Positions 13,040-26,300 are shown, counted from the whole stretch's first letter. The stretch is DNA of 63,894 nucleotides, filler included, from Octopus bimaculoides (GCF_001194135.2; 5 parts of 5 records of this genome joined end to end with filler, not necessarily neighbours in it), one strand, 5' to 3'. Notes: a model not told the origin generated them from the letters alone. Made by a program: numbers and translations.

Positions 13040-13210
13040 CATTTAACGTCTGCTTCCCATGCTAGCATGAGTTGGACGATTTGACTGGGGACTGGCGAAC
13101 CAGATGGCTACACCAGAATCCAATCTGATCTGGCAGAGTTTCTACAGCTGGATGCCCTTCCTAACGCCATAGGGATGCCCTTCCTAACGCCAGGATGCCC
13201 TTCCTGCCGC

Positions 13211-13257
<47 letters not shown>

Positions 13258-13775
13258 CAACAACAACAATAATAATGGTTTCAAATTTTTGCAGAAGGCC
13301 GGCAATTTCAGGGGCTTGAGTAAATCAATTATATCAACCCCAGTGTTCAACTAGTATTTATTTCATCAACCCCAAAAAGGATGAAAGACAAAGTCAACCT
13401 CAGCAGGATTTGAACTCGGAGCAGAAAGAGCCGGAAGGAATGCTGTAAAGCGTTTTGTTTGGCGACGGAATGATGGAAGCAGCTCACTGACTTACGGAAA
13501 AGGAATAACAGAAACGAAACGAAAATAGCTTGGGTGGGGGGAGGGTGGTTCACACCCCACCCCCTCCATACAAAAATGTTAACAAGAGTAGACGGTAGGG
13601 GTGGGGGAGAGAGCATTGCACTTCCTACTTAGCAATAAAAAAAAAAAAGAAAAAGAAAAACGGATAAAACAACAAATGTTTATCATAAAAAAAATAAAAG
13701 AAATAGAATAAGTTCCTTTTTTTTTTCTAAAGTTTTTAAAACTAGATCAAGCATTCTGCTTTTAACTACGATATG

Positions 13776-13807
<32 letters not shown>

Positions 13808-14539
13808 CACTGATGGAAAGACGGTGGGATAGGAATAGCTTGTGCCAAATTAGGTAACCATCATCATCATCACCATCATCACCACCACCACCACCACCAT
13901 CACCTCTGCTATCATCGCCATGGTCACCACTCTACCAAGTGCATCATCATTGCTAGCACCACCAACAACCACCACTACAACTACCACCGTCGCCGCTATC
14001 ATCATCATCAACCACCACTATCACCACTGCTACTGCTACTGCCACCACCACAACCACAACTACCATTCTCATCACCATAGGTACCACCACCATCACCCCC
14101 ACTACCACCACCACCACTACAATGACCACCACAATCGCCGCCATCACCACCACATCCCGCTACCATCACCACCACCACAATCACTCACCACTGCGACCAT
14201 CACCACCAACACCAACACCATCACTGCCCCCACCATGGTAGATGGGTTGTACAGGGTAGATAGACAGGCAGGTAAGTATTCTGGGTGACTCTTGTCCTAA
14301 ACTGGGTTACAATCCACCACGCCCACCACCACCACTATACTAGGGTAGAGAGTACAGTAAAGGGTGGATAGGGGCTAAGCTGGGTGGATCTGCCAGTGAG
14401 GGAAACTAATAAAAACGCCTCCATGTGCTTGTATGCCCAGCTAGAAATAGCAGCCAAATCTCCCTCAAATCACACAGACCCATCATAAATATGGTGGGCG
14501 AGGACGGCAGGGTGGGTATAGCGGTACAGGGTATAATGT

Positions 14540-15130
14540 ACCTGCTTAAGATAGGGTGGTCATGATTGGAAAGTCTTTGATTATAAGTCTGCTTGGTTAA
14601 GTCCGACCTGGGGCTAGACAGCAATGACTACAAGTAAAGGCACATTTGTTAATGTAGCCCTTGATACACTATGTCTGAATATAAGACAGGATGGTCACAG
14701 CTGGAACACTTTTGATCATAGGTCTGCTGGATCAGGAATGGCCCGGGGTTAAACGACATCAACGAGGAAGGACACATTGGATAATGTAGTCCTAGAAACA
14801 CTATGTCCGACTAAAAGATGGGATGGTCACAAGTGGAACATCTTTAATCATAGAGCTACTGATCAGGAGTAACCTAGGGCTAAATAACAACAAGCAAGGA
14901 GGGACACATTAGATAATGTAATCCTAGATACACTGTGTTTGAATAAAAGACAGGATGGTCACAACTGGACCACTTTCATGTGCTGGATCAGAACAACAAG
15001 CAACACACTAAATAATGTAGTCCTAGATGCGCTATGTCTGAATAGAAGACAGGATGGTCACAGCAGGAACTCCTTTAATCATTTGTGTTGTCTAAGACCT
15101 ATGATTGAAGACCTTGGGCTAAACAGCAAC
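14540..15130 (+). repeat. Tandem array of about 5 units of roughly 105-130 bp derived from a SINE 3' tail
   Basis: Repeating gataatgtagtcctagatacactatgtctgaa...gacaggatggtcacagctggaa...gggctaaacaacaac; related single copy in reverse at about 5650-5710. Confidence 0.8.
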
Positions 15131-15160
15131 AACAGCAGCAGCAGCCACCTATGTGACAAT

Positions 15161-15483
15161 GTTGTTGTTGTTGGCACTCCGTTGCTTACAACGTCGAGGG
15201 TTCCAGTTGATCCGATCAACGGAACAGCCTGCTCGTGAAATTAACGTGCAAGTGGCTGAGCACTCCACAGACACGTGTACCCTTAACATAGTTCTCAGGG
15301 GATATTCAGCGTGACACAGAGTGTGACAAGGCTGACCCTTTGAATTACAGGTACAACAGAAACAGGAAGTAAGAGTGAGAGAAAGTTGTGGTGAAAGAGT
15401 ACAGCAGGGTTCGCCACCATCCCCTGCCGGAGCCTCGTGGAGCTTTTAGGTATTTTCGCACAATAAACACTCACAACGCCCGG
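15161..15483 (-). mobile_element. SINE family E lacking the tRNA head
   Basis: Colinear with 60480-60864 up to tcacaacgcccgg. Confidence 0.85.
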
Positions 15484-16520
15484 GGAGGGGAGGAGGAATT
15501 GATGTAATCAACTTATCCCATCCTTCAAAATTACTGGCCTTGTGCTGACATTTGAAACCAACACTTTTCTTGGAAACACAATGGTAAAAGTAGGTTGGTG
15601 AGCTGCCACACTTCATGTTTGTCTGTGTGTCCCCCTCACCCCCGCACCTCGGCTTAACCCTGGTCCAATTCCAATGTTATACCACAACAATCTTATCTTT
15701 CCCTCTTTGTACCTCTCTTTTTATCTCTCTCTCTCTCTCCCTCTCTCTCTTTTACGCTCTTTTTGTCTCTTTGTCTTCCTGTTTCTTTCTCTCTCCCACT
15801 CTCTTACTCTTTCTCTCACACCACTTTCACTTTCTCTATCTCTCTCTCACTCACACTCCCTCTTCTCTTACCCTCTAACTTTGTCTATCCCTCTCTCTTC
15901 TCCAGCTCTCCCTCTCACACTTCTCTCTCTCCTTCTCCCTCTCTCTCTCATGTCTCTCTTCTCTATCTCCCTCCATACACACACACACACACACATTCTG
16001 TCCTGAACCAGTTATCTCCTGGATCTTTAGGGTGGTGGTAGTGGTGGTGGGGAGATTAACCTCATAGAAAGAAAACATTGGGTTAAGAGGTGAGATGTGG
16101 GGGTAAAGGGGAACGGTGGGGGAGGAGGGCTATCCTGATAAGAAATGTTAAATGTTTGTGCATCTGTATGTATATATATATATATATATAAACACTCACA
16201 TATATAGACCCACATATATACACACACACGTAGACAGTTGCACACACATATACATATATATACACACACACACACACACGTATATACACACGCAAACACA
16301 CACACACATACACAAACACACATATACTCACACACATATATATACATACACACATACATATATATATACACACATACTTATGCATACACACATGTATATA
16401 CAGAGACATATATATATACATACACACACACACACACACACATATATATAAATATATACACATCCACATATATATATACATATCCACATATAAAAACACA
16501 CACACATATAGATATATGCA

Positions 16521-16620
16521 NNNNNNNNNNNNNNNNNNNNNNNNNNNNNNNNNNNNNNNNNNNNTTAATTAATTAANNNNNNNNNNNNNNNNNNNNNNNN
16601 NNNNNNNNNNNNNNNNNNNN
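16521..16620. other. Assembly linker N44-TTAATTAATTAA-N44 (also 30748-30847, 34599-34698, 62408-62507)
   Basis: Identical 12-mer giving stops in all six frames, centred in a 100-nt gap, four times. Confidence 0.95.
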
Positions 16621-16673
<53 letters not shown>

Positions 16674-17005
16674 TACATATACACATATATATATACACTT
16701 ACATACACATACACACACACACATATATATACACACATACACGTATATGTCATATGCGAAAGTACTGGAGAAATACTAAGTTTGTAATCTAATAATTAGT
16801 ATGCGAATATGAGCTGAATAACAAAATGAGATTGAATTAGAAACATTATGATAAAAATGAGCAATACATTTTCTTGCCTGAATCTATAGCAACTTGAAAA
16901 ATTAATTTTGTCCATTCTAATTGAATATAATGCGGAAAGACAATTGAATGCTTCAAAATAGAAACCTTTGAATGCATACCGAAATTTGTACATTAAAATA
17001 TATTT

Positions 17006-17210
17006 ATTTCTTTATTGCCCACAGGGGGCTAAACAAGGACAGACAAAGCGATTATACCGACACCACTGCGCAACTGGTACTTAATTTATCGCCCCCAAAA
17101 GGATGAAGCAAAGACGACCTCGGCAGAATTTGAACTCAGAACTAAACGGCAGACGAAATCCCCTTAAGTATTTCACCCGGCGTGCTAACGATTCTGCCAG
17201 CCCGCAACCC
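17006..17210 (-). mobile_element. SINE family A, long-tail variant, with 19-bp TSD
   Basis: Flanked by tgtacattaaaatatattt (16987-17005) and tgtacattacaatatattt (17211-17229). Confidence 0.9.
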
Positions 17211-17692
17211 TGTACATTACAATATATTTTTTTACAATAATTTTTCCGGTGCATCGAGTTCCTAACCAGAACCGTTAAGAATCTCAGCTTTCACCAACAA
17301 ATGTATTAATTATATTGCTTATATAAATTGTATCTATAACTATGCAGTTATTTATTTTTATGTATAGAGAGTGAAAACAACTCACGCGTCAGCCATTATA
17401 AGCGTGTGATTTATTTTTCCCACGCGTATTAATACAGACACGCATGTAAAATAACAAACACCTTCGTGAAAATTATGTATGTATATAAATATGAGTGCAC
17501 TTACATACATACATACATACATACATATGTGTGTGTATGTGTGTGTGTACAGACAGATTGAGTGAGAGAGAGAAATTTATAGATGCAAATACACACGTAT
17601 ATACATATAAAAATGTAAGCATTTGTGCCTCTCTTTACATAACTACATACATGCATATATGTATACAGAGAGAGTGACAAAGAGGCATCTAG

Positions 17693-17729
<37 letters not shown>

Positions 17730-18101
17730 AAGAGAGATGTAGGTCAAGAAACAGACTAAACATATATGTGTATTTATGTGTGTGTACATGTGTGTGAGGC
17801 GCGTGCGTTTTTGTACATATTTGTGTATCTTGTCTGCGCGAACATTTGAACCTCCGTGTATGTGTGTGGATGTGTGTGTGTGTTTGTATGCGTGCATGTA
17901 TGCGAACGTGCATGTTAATGCAGGGGAAATAGAGATTACACGCTCAAATTGGCTGTCGTTCATGATCGACAGGACGATCGACCTACCGAAGCCTCACTCA
18001 CACAAATTTATGTATATAACGCTCTGCAAACATCCGGTAGTAATTGGTATTCTGCACACTTACGTCTTTGTACCATGACCTACAAAAACCAAACTGCGTA
18101 G

Positions 18102-18164
<63 letters not shown>

Positions 18165-18346
18165 ATATAAATACATAATATACATAAATATATATACATA
18201 CCTATACATACAATTAAGTAGGGTATTGTGCCTGTAATGGTGTGAACTTGCTCGGTAATAATACTACTTTATCTATATATATACATATATATATATATAC
18301 ACATATGTATACACATATATATCCAAATATATACACACATACATAT

Positions 18347-18458
<112 letters not shown>

Positions 18459-19166
18459 GCATATCCATGCACGCATACATATGTATATACAAAAATATTT
18501 TTCATGTGTGTGTACGTATATGTTTGCATGCTATCATGTCTGTATGCTTTTCGGATGTATATCCGAATCTATGTGTTTGTATGCATGTGGATGTGTATGT
18601 GTGTATACTACAAAAATCGGTCAAATCTATTATCTTACTTTATATTCATTTAACGTTGATATCTTATCAGAAGTTATCAAAACTGTATCAAAAATGTTTG
18701 TATCCATTCTGCCATACATACATATACTCACATGACTAAGTGTTCTAAAATATCTTCGATGTTCGTTGCCCGCCTTTGGCAATCTTATATAAATACAGCA
18801 AGCCCTTATCTTAGACATCGCGCCAGGCTAAACTTATTTTCAACATTTTTATCGTTTAATCGTGAATATTTAAGGAACTACATACGCACACCACGCGCTC
18901 ATCCATATTCATATACATAAGTACACATACGTGAATATATGTGTGTGTTTGTGTGTGAGTGGTGGTGCGTGTGTGCATAGATATGTGTGTATATATACAT
19001 ATATGCATGTATGTATGTAGGTGTGTATGAATGTATGTACTGTACCCACATACACATATGTAGATATCGAAAATAATAATGAAAACAAATCGACAAAAGT
19101 CAATAGGACGTATACAGTGCATATGTATTACGTTGACGCTCGATTGAAGATGGGAAAAAGGGTGGG

Positions 19167-19205
19167 TCTTTTGACGTTTCGAGCATGACTCTTCGTCAGA
19201 AAGAG
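19167..19205 (-). ncRNA. Minimal type I hammerhead ribozyme motif with intact core
   Basis: Minus strand reads tcttt CTGACGA A GAGT CAT GCTC GAAA C GTC aaaaga: CUGANGA core, stem II, GAAA, palindromic ACGU stem III, GUC cleavage triplet. Confidence 0.75.
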
Positions 19206-19232
19206 AAAGCAACAAAGGTCATATGCATACAC

Positions 19233-19279
<47 letters not shown>

Positions 19280-20069
19280 CATATATACACGTATGTATAT
19301 GTATGTATATGTATACGTATGCGTATTTGTGATTGCATAGATAGATAGATAGAGAGAGAGAGAGAGAGGGAGAGAAAGAGAGGGAGAGAGAGGGAGAGAG
19401 AGAGGGAGAGAGAGAGAGAGGGAGAGAGATGCCCAAGTGTATGTATGTATATAAGATACACACACTCAGGTACATTCAATGCCATGCATGCAAAGCTGAC
19501 AAGGAAGTAACTCCAAGTGCGATCTAAAATAATGTCTACAAGAAAACGACAGGCGCCATGGAGAGCGTTGTGCTTGAATTTCCTGATGCGAAAGCAAATG
19601 ATGGTACGGNNNNNNNNNNNNNNNNNNNNNNNNNNNNNNNNNNNNNNNNNNNNNNNNNNNNNNNNNNNNNNNNNNNNNNNNNNNNNNNNNNNNNNNNNNN
19701 NNNNNNNNNNNNNNNNNNNNNNNNNNNNNNNNNNNNNNNNNNNNNNNNNNNNNNNNNNNNNNNNNNNNNNNNNNNNNNNNNNNNNNNNNNNGAGAGAGAG
19801 AGGGGGAGGATGTTGGAGTTAAAATTTCTATTTCTAGATATGTTATCTAGGGCTGTTTGCCAAGAACGTAACAACTTTTTAGAACCGAACACGCGCCAAT
19901 ACATACACAGAGATTACAATATATATACATATATAACTATGTGTGTGTATGTGTGTATCTGTGCATATATGTGCTTTTGTGTGTCTGTATATAATTACGT
20001 ACGAATATCTACACCAATATTTTATGTAAAAAAATATGTGCTTATTAGTGTAATATATACGTATACAAC

Positions 20070-20102
<33 letters not shown>

Positions 20103-20316
20103 TACATGTAGACATGTGTGTGTGTGTGTTATATGAAGTATCTATTCATATATGATAAGTGTAGCCGATATCAATTTCTAACATGTTTGTATCTCAGTCC
20201 GTCATCACAGTATGTCGAAAATAATATTTTCATTAACAAGATTTCAATCGATAATTTATATATAATATGGGTGTGTATATATATATTTATATTATATATG
20301 CATACATATACACACA

Positions 20317-20392
<76 letters not shown>

Positions 20393-21126
20393 NNNNNNNN
20401 NNNNNNNNNNNNNNNNNNNNNNNNNNNNNNNNNNNNNNNNNNNNNNNNNNNNNNNNNNNNNNNNNNNNNNNNNNNNNNNNNNNNNNNNNNNNNNNNNNNN
20501 NNNNNNNNNNNNNNNNNNNNNNNNNNNNNNNNNNNNNNNNNNNNNNNNNNNNNNNNNNNNNNNNNNNNNNNNNNNNNNNNNNNNNNNNNNNNNNNNNNNN
20601 NNNNNNNNNNNNNNNNNNNNNNNNNNNNNNNNNNNNNNNNNNNNNNNNNNNNNNNNNNNNNNNNNNNNNNNNNNNNNNNNNNNNNNNNNNNNNNNNNNNN
20701 NNNNNNNNNNNNNNNNNNNNNNNNNNNNNNNNNNNNNNNNNNNNNNNNNNNNNNNNNNNNNNNNNNNNNNNNNNNNNNNNNNNNNNNNNNNNNNNNNNNN
20801 NNNNNNNNNNNNNNNNNNNNNNNNNNNNNNNNNNNNNNNNNNNNNNNNNNNNNNNNNNNNNNNNNNNNNNNNNNNNNNNNNNNNNNNNNNNNNNNNNNNN
20901 NNNNNNNNNNNNNNNNNNNNNNNNNNNNNNNNNNNNNNNNNNNNNNNNNNNNNNNNNNNNNNNNNNNNNNNNNNNNNNNNNNNNNNNNNNNNNNNNNNNN
21001 NNNNNNNNNNNNNNNNNNNNNNNNNNNNNNNNNNNNNNNNNNNNNNNNNNNNNNNNNNNNNNNNNNNNNNNNNNNNNNNNNNNNNNNNNNNNNNNNNNNN
21101 NNNNNNNNNNNNNNNNNNNNNNNNNN

Positions 21127-21184
<58 letters not shown>

Positions 21185-21213
21185 ACATACATATATACGT
21201 ACATACATAAGCA

Positions 21214-21678
21214 TACTTGTGGAATGCACCAGTGAAGACTTCAATAAAATGTAAGCACAACAGATCTGATATAAAGGCTTGGAATAGAGAAGAGAAACTG
21301 TGCACATTGGTAGAATTTAGTTGCCCAGCGGATGTTAACATAAAGCTGAAGATCAGTGAAAAAAAGAACACTCATGCTGAAATATTGAGAAATCTGCAGT
21401 TACTTTATCCAGATTACAAGTTCAGGTTTATACCTGTAATTATTGGGGACCTGGCATATGTAACACACTGCCTAAATACCAATCTTGAGAAATTAGGCGT
21501 CTTAAAATCCAGAAAGGAGAAAGCTAATTCGAAGACTACAGATCCAATCCATTAAAGGAACTGTGGAAATCTGTAAAACTTTCCAGAAGTTAATCATTTA
21601 AATATCTATGAGCATGTCTAGACATGTAGCTATATAACTATATGCATGGGAATACATACATAAAACATACAAATCTGC
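21214..21678 (+). mobile_element. RLE-type non-LTR retrotransposon 3' end, copy 1
   Basis: WNAPVKTSIKCKHNRSDIKAWNREEKLCTLVEFSCPAD...FIPVIIG; (acat)-like repeats on both sides. Confidence 0.8.
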
Positions 21679-21754
21679 ACATACATACATACATACATAC
21701 ATACATACATACATACATACATACATACGTACATACATACATACATACATACAT

Positions 21755-22225
21755 CAAAACTTCTATCAAATGTAAAAATAACAGGCCGGATATTGTTGTT
21801 TGGGACAGAGGGACAAAGGTATGTACCATCATAGAGGTCAGCTGCCCTGCAGATATAAATATCTCTTTGAAAATCAATCAAAGGAAAATATATCTATGAA
21901 CAACTGCTTCGAAACCTCGAGCTTCTATATCCAGACTATGAATTCATATTCATATCAATAATAATTGGAGCACTAGGCTTTGTTAGTAAATGCTTAAAGG
22001 ATAATCTGGATAAACTGGGATTTTCAGAAAGAGAAACCGACCGGCTAATTCGTATATTACAAATACAATCTATGAGTGGAACAGTAAAAATATGCAAGAC
22101 TTTTCTCAAGTTCCAAATGTGAATTTGTCTGTATTAAGTACATCCCAAAGATGGAGCCTTGTATCTCTGTAGGAAACTGGCTCCCTCCTCAAGGGAAGAT
22201 TTATCCCAATTAAAAATAGAAGAGA
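21755..22225 (+). mobile_element. RLE-type non-LTR retrotransposon 3' end, copy 2
   Basis: KTSIKCKNNRPDIVVWDRGTKVCTIIEVSCPAD, frameshift, ...IIIGALGFV...LQIQSMSGTVKICKTFLKFQM*; between two (ACAT)n tracts. Confidence 0.85.
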
Positions 22226-22300
22226 CACATACATACATACATACATACATACATACATACATACATACATACATACATACATACATGGATGCATACATAC

Positions 22301-22676
22301 AGCAGATGTGCATATCTCTTTGATTTTCAAAGAGAAAGAAGATAACTATGGACAACTGCTGTGAAACCTCCAGCTTCTGTATATTTGCATTTCTTCAAAT
22401 AATAATTGAAACACTTGTTTTCGTATATAAATGTCTAACTGTCAATCTGAAAGAGCTTAAATTTTCAGAAAAAGAAATCAACCAACTGACTCACACGTTA
22501 CAAATGCAATCTGTAAGTGGAACAATAAATCTATGCAAGACTTCTCTCGGGCTTAAAATGTGACATTGTTTTCGTTATCTTCATTCCAGTGATGGAGATT
22601 TGTATCTTTGTTGGAAACTAGCACTTTCTTCAAAGGAAGAATTTAAATGGTAAGAAAATAAAAGAATAGAAAAGAA
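22301..22676 (+). mobile_element. RLE-type non-LTR retrotransposon 3' end, copy 3 (most decayed)
   Basis: ADVHISL...YGQLL*NLQLLY...LQMQSVSGTINLCKTSLGLKM*; 3' UTR alignable with copy 2; ends in acatacatac. Confidence 0.8.
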
Positions 22677-23313
22677 ACATACATACGTGCACAGATGTGA
22701 GTGTTTGTTAGAAAGTATGTGTTTATCGATGAAAGTGCATATAACTACAATTCTTGTGTAATTTTGGTTTGTGTTTCTTTCCTATATGTCAAAGAGGACA
22801 TAAGAAATCAATGAATAAAGATACTTAAAATATATATTGCATAGTTTCTACAATATATAAATCATGTAGATAAACAGCCTTTGGTTGTAGGCAGGAAATG
22901 GAACTCTCTATGTGTTAAAACAACTTTAATGAACAACAGCTGCTGGCTTCATTCTTACAAAGCAAAATCTCTCCATTTTGAAAAGAACGTGTACATTGAA
23001 AAACGTCTTGACTGATAAAAAAAAAAAATACGATGTTACAAACATGTTCATATGGTGCTCCTGTAAAGCCGCTTTCCAGAAGATTGAAATCAGTAAATGA
23101 ACAAAAGATTGAAATAATAATGTTATTATCTTGGGAATAATTTTTATACAAAATACTGTATGCACGGAAAGTCATTGGAAGATGTTGTTGCTTTCTATTA
23201 AGGCTATGCTGCGCTGATGAGATTTATATGGCCGGAATGTGTACAGTGTAGTCTTTGGACTTAACAAAATCAGACCCTTTCTACATTACGTATTTTCATT
23301 TAATTTTTGTTCG

Positions 23314-23367
<54 letters not shown>

Positions 23368-26300
23368 CAGTGATAAGGCAGGGAGCTGGCGGAAGTGTTA
23401 GCACGCCGGTCGAAATGCTTAGTAGTATTCCGTCCGTCTCAGTTCAAATTCCGCCGAGATCGACTTTGTCTTTCATCCTTTCGAGGTCGATAAATTAATT
23501 ACTAGTGGAACATTAGGGTTCGATGTAATCGATTTACCCCTCCTGACTCAACACGGATCAAAACCTAAAATCAAGAACCAATCTAGATCTCATTCTAGAA
23601 CTTAATTATTTGAATGTGTTCTTCGTTTTTAAATACTTCCACGTTATTTTAGGATCATTCGTTGATATTGTTGTACAGTCCCAGTCCAACATGGACCAAG
23701 TAGACTTAAGTTCCAACGGTACTTCAATCGCGACCACCCGACCAGTCTGCAGCTGCATCATCTAAAATGTTGTTCCTTTCTCCTATTATCATGTGATTTT
23801 AGAGGAATTTGCTGATAGTTTTGCATAACTCTAGATCAGTACGAATCCAATAGACCCAAATAGAACGGGTGATCCAGTTGGGACCAAACTATTATTCTAG
23901 AGCTATATTATCTAATGAGTCCCTTCCTTTTTATGGTTACCATCTCAATATAGAGTAATCTGTTATTCCCAGCCGAACAAACCACTGCATCGAGGCTCTC
24001 CCTTTGACTCGTGACATAGACCTTTATATCGATTAAATAATTGTTAATCATTTCATTGACACCAAAGTGAGGAATGTTGATCCATATGGGTTTTAAGCAC
24101 ACAAGAATAGGTTTTGAGCACACAACAATAAAATACTGTTCGATATTCAGAGACGAAGAGTACCATTTCAGCTCTGCTATTACTTTACTTTGCCGTGAAA
24201 CGAAACTGCAAGGGGAGCTCACCAGTGATCGCGTGTGCAGTTAGAAAAAGCAGACAAATCTCTCTTAAATTACACAGAATAATCTTGGGGAAAAAAAATT
24301 ACACATTGATTAATGTCGTCAAAGATACCATCAGGAGAAGAGATGGGATTTTCCAGATTTGAACTCCTTTGGTCATAGCTCTCCTTGATCATTATTGATA
24401 TGTGGCTAAACAACCATCAGACAATCAATCAATCGAACCCTACTGCAAAATAAAAGCTTCCCTTTATCTCTCCATAGCTTTGGGGTTTGGCTGTCCTGCC
24501 ATCAATTTTTGTCAAAGCTATTCAATTCGTCCCACCATCATATTCTACCATCTTGTTTGTTGTCATCCTGTCTTTCTTTTGCCTTTTCTCTGAATCTAGT
24601 TTGTCAAGTTTTTCATCCATCATTTTTATACTTCCTTTTAACGTGTCTAGCTCAACTCTATTTCAATAATTTTATGGATTTCACTGTTCAAAATTCAACG
24701 GAATTATCAACGATAACTCGTAAAATAATTCCTTGTAACTTTCGCACAAAATAAGAAACAAAAACCGTTTGACAAAGAGATGCAGACGACTGTATTGAAT
24801 CCATTAGAATTAAATTCCAAATCTCCAGGATCCAGACTCAGAACCTAAAGAGACTCAACTATATGCATAATGCTTTTTATTTGACACCTTAGGGATTCTC
24901 CTAATTTACTCCCCTTTATTCTCCTATAAATTATTAGCAGCCATGATCCTAGTAAAAGTGAATCAATAAATATAAAGCAATACGTTTCACAAGAAATTGC
25001 AATTATTGATTAATTTTAGACACAAAGCCACAAATTATATTCAGAAAAGTATGACAATGAGAGTTTCAAGAATCGGCAATTTAATTGGATTGGTTCCGAG
25101 GAGACGAAAACTTTGGTGCCAACTTGGTTTACTGAAATCTTACTTCTGAATGTCTGATAATTGTACAGCCAAAGGTTCATTATGAGGCTGCTGAAAGGCG
25201 ATAGGATAGCAAAATGGTTAGGGTATCAGACAAAACTGCAATGGATTCAATGAATTCATTTACATCTCTTTATGTTCTGAGTTCAAATACCGCAGAGGCA
25301 TATATGATGCCGGGATCGATAATACGAAATAAAATAACAAACGCTTGGTTGGTAGATTTAATCAACCGCCTCCGCCTCTTCTCATTACAAAATCTTGTGA
25401 CCTTATGCTTTTCATAGAAGTTTTTGTAGAGGATCGGAGTAACAGAAACGTAGGATGTTGAGCACAATGATGTAGTTATATTGTTGCACCTGACCAAACT
25501 TAATTTCTGCGCTCAAATTATGACGAATTTCAAATTGACGTCCATCTTTAGGGTATCGATAAACTATATAGATTAGTTTATAAATTGGTTGAGTGGATAT
25601 AATTGACTATTCCGAGCATTCAATATTCCTGGTCCTTTTAGCGGCATTCTGTCTATCTTTATGTTCTCGGTCAAATTCTACCGAGGTCGACTTTCTTTTA
25701 TCCTTTCGGGGTCGATAAAATGAATACCAGTGGAGCACTGGGGTCGATGTTAGACACAGTTCCATCGCGCGGCACATTAGGAAAGTGTTTACTACAATAG
25801 CCTCGGGCCACCAAAGCTTTGTGAATGACTCCGGTCGAAGGAAACTGTGTAGAAAGCCATCACGCGATATGAAATCCCGTGTATGCACGCGCGAGCGTGT
25901 GTGTGTGTGTATTTGTGTTTCTGTTTGTCCCCCCACTCACTTGACAGCTTCTGTTAGTTCGTTTGTGTCCCTGCAAATAAGCGGTTCGAAGAAAAGAAGC
26001 GACAGAATAAATGATAGAGTTTAAAAAAGGAAGTGTAGAAGAGTAGGCCTGCGGCACTATAACAGAAGACACTTTCCCAATGTGCCGTACAGTGTGACTG
26101 AAACCGAAAACCAGGTGGCTTAAACGAACTTCTAAACCACACAGCCTTATCTACGCCTTCTATATTGTATTTCAAGATGATCAAATTATTCCCATCATTT
26201 TAAAATTTCCCCAACATCAACGCAACATGTTCTTCAATGGCAGATTTGTCCTTTTATGCTGATACACAGCATCGAGGTGGAAACATTTTTTTTTTCAAAC

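Noticed and set aside
13920-14288. His/Thr-rich 122-aa ORF ending near a GTAAGT donor
   Set aside because: Made of (CAC/CAT)n simple repeats; no acceptor or homology
14540-15130. CRISPR-like repeat-spacer appearance
   Set aside because: Eukaryotic context, no cas genes, whole units are homologous rather than unique spacers
19558-19603. Kozak-context ATG exon MESVVLEFPDAKAND on the plus strand
   Set aside because: Weak donor next to a gap, no downstream partner exon identified
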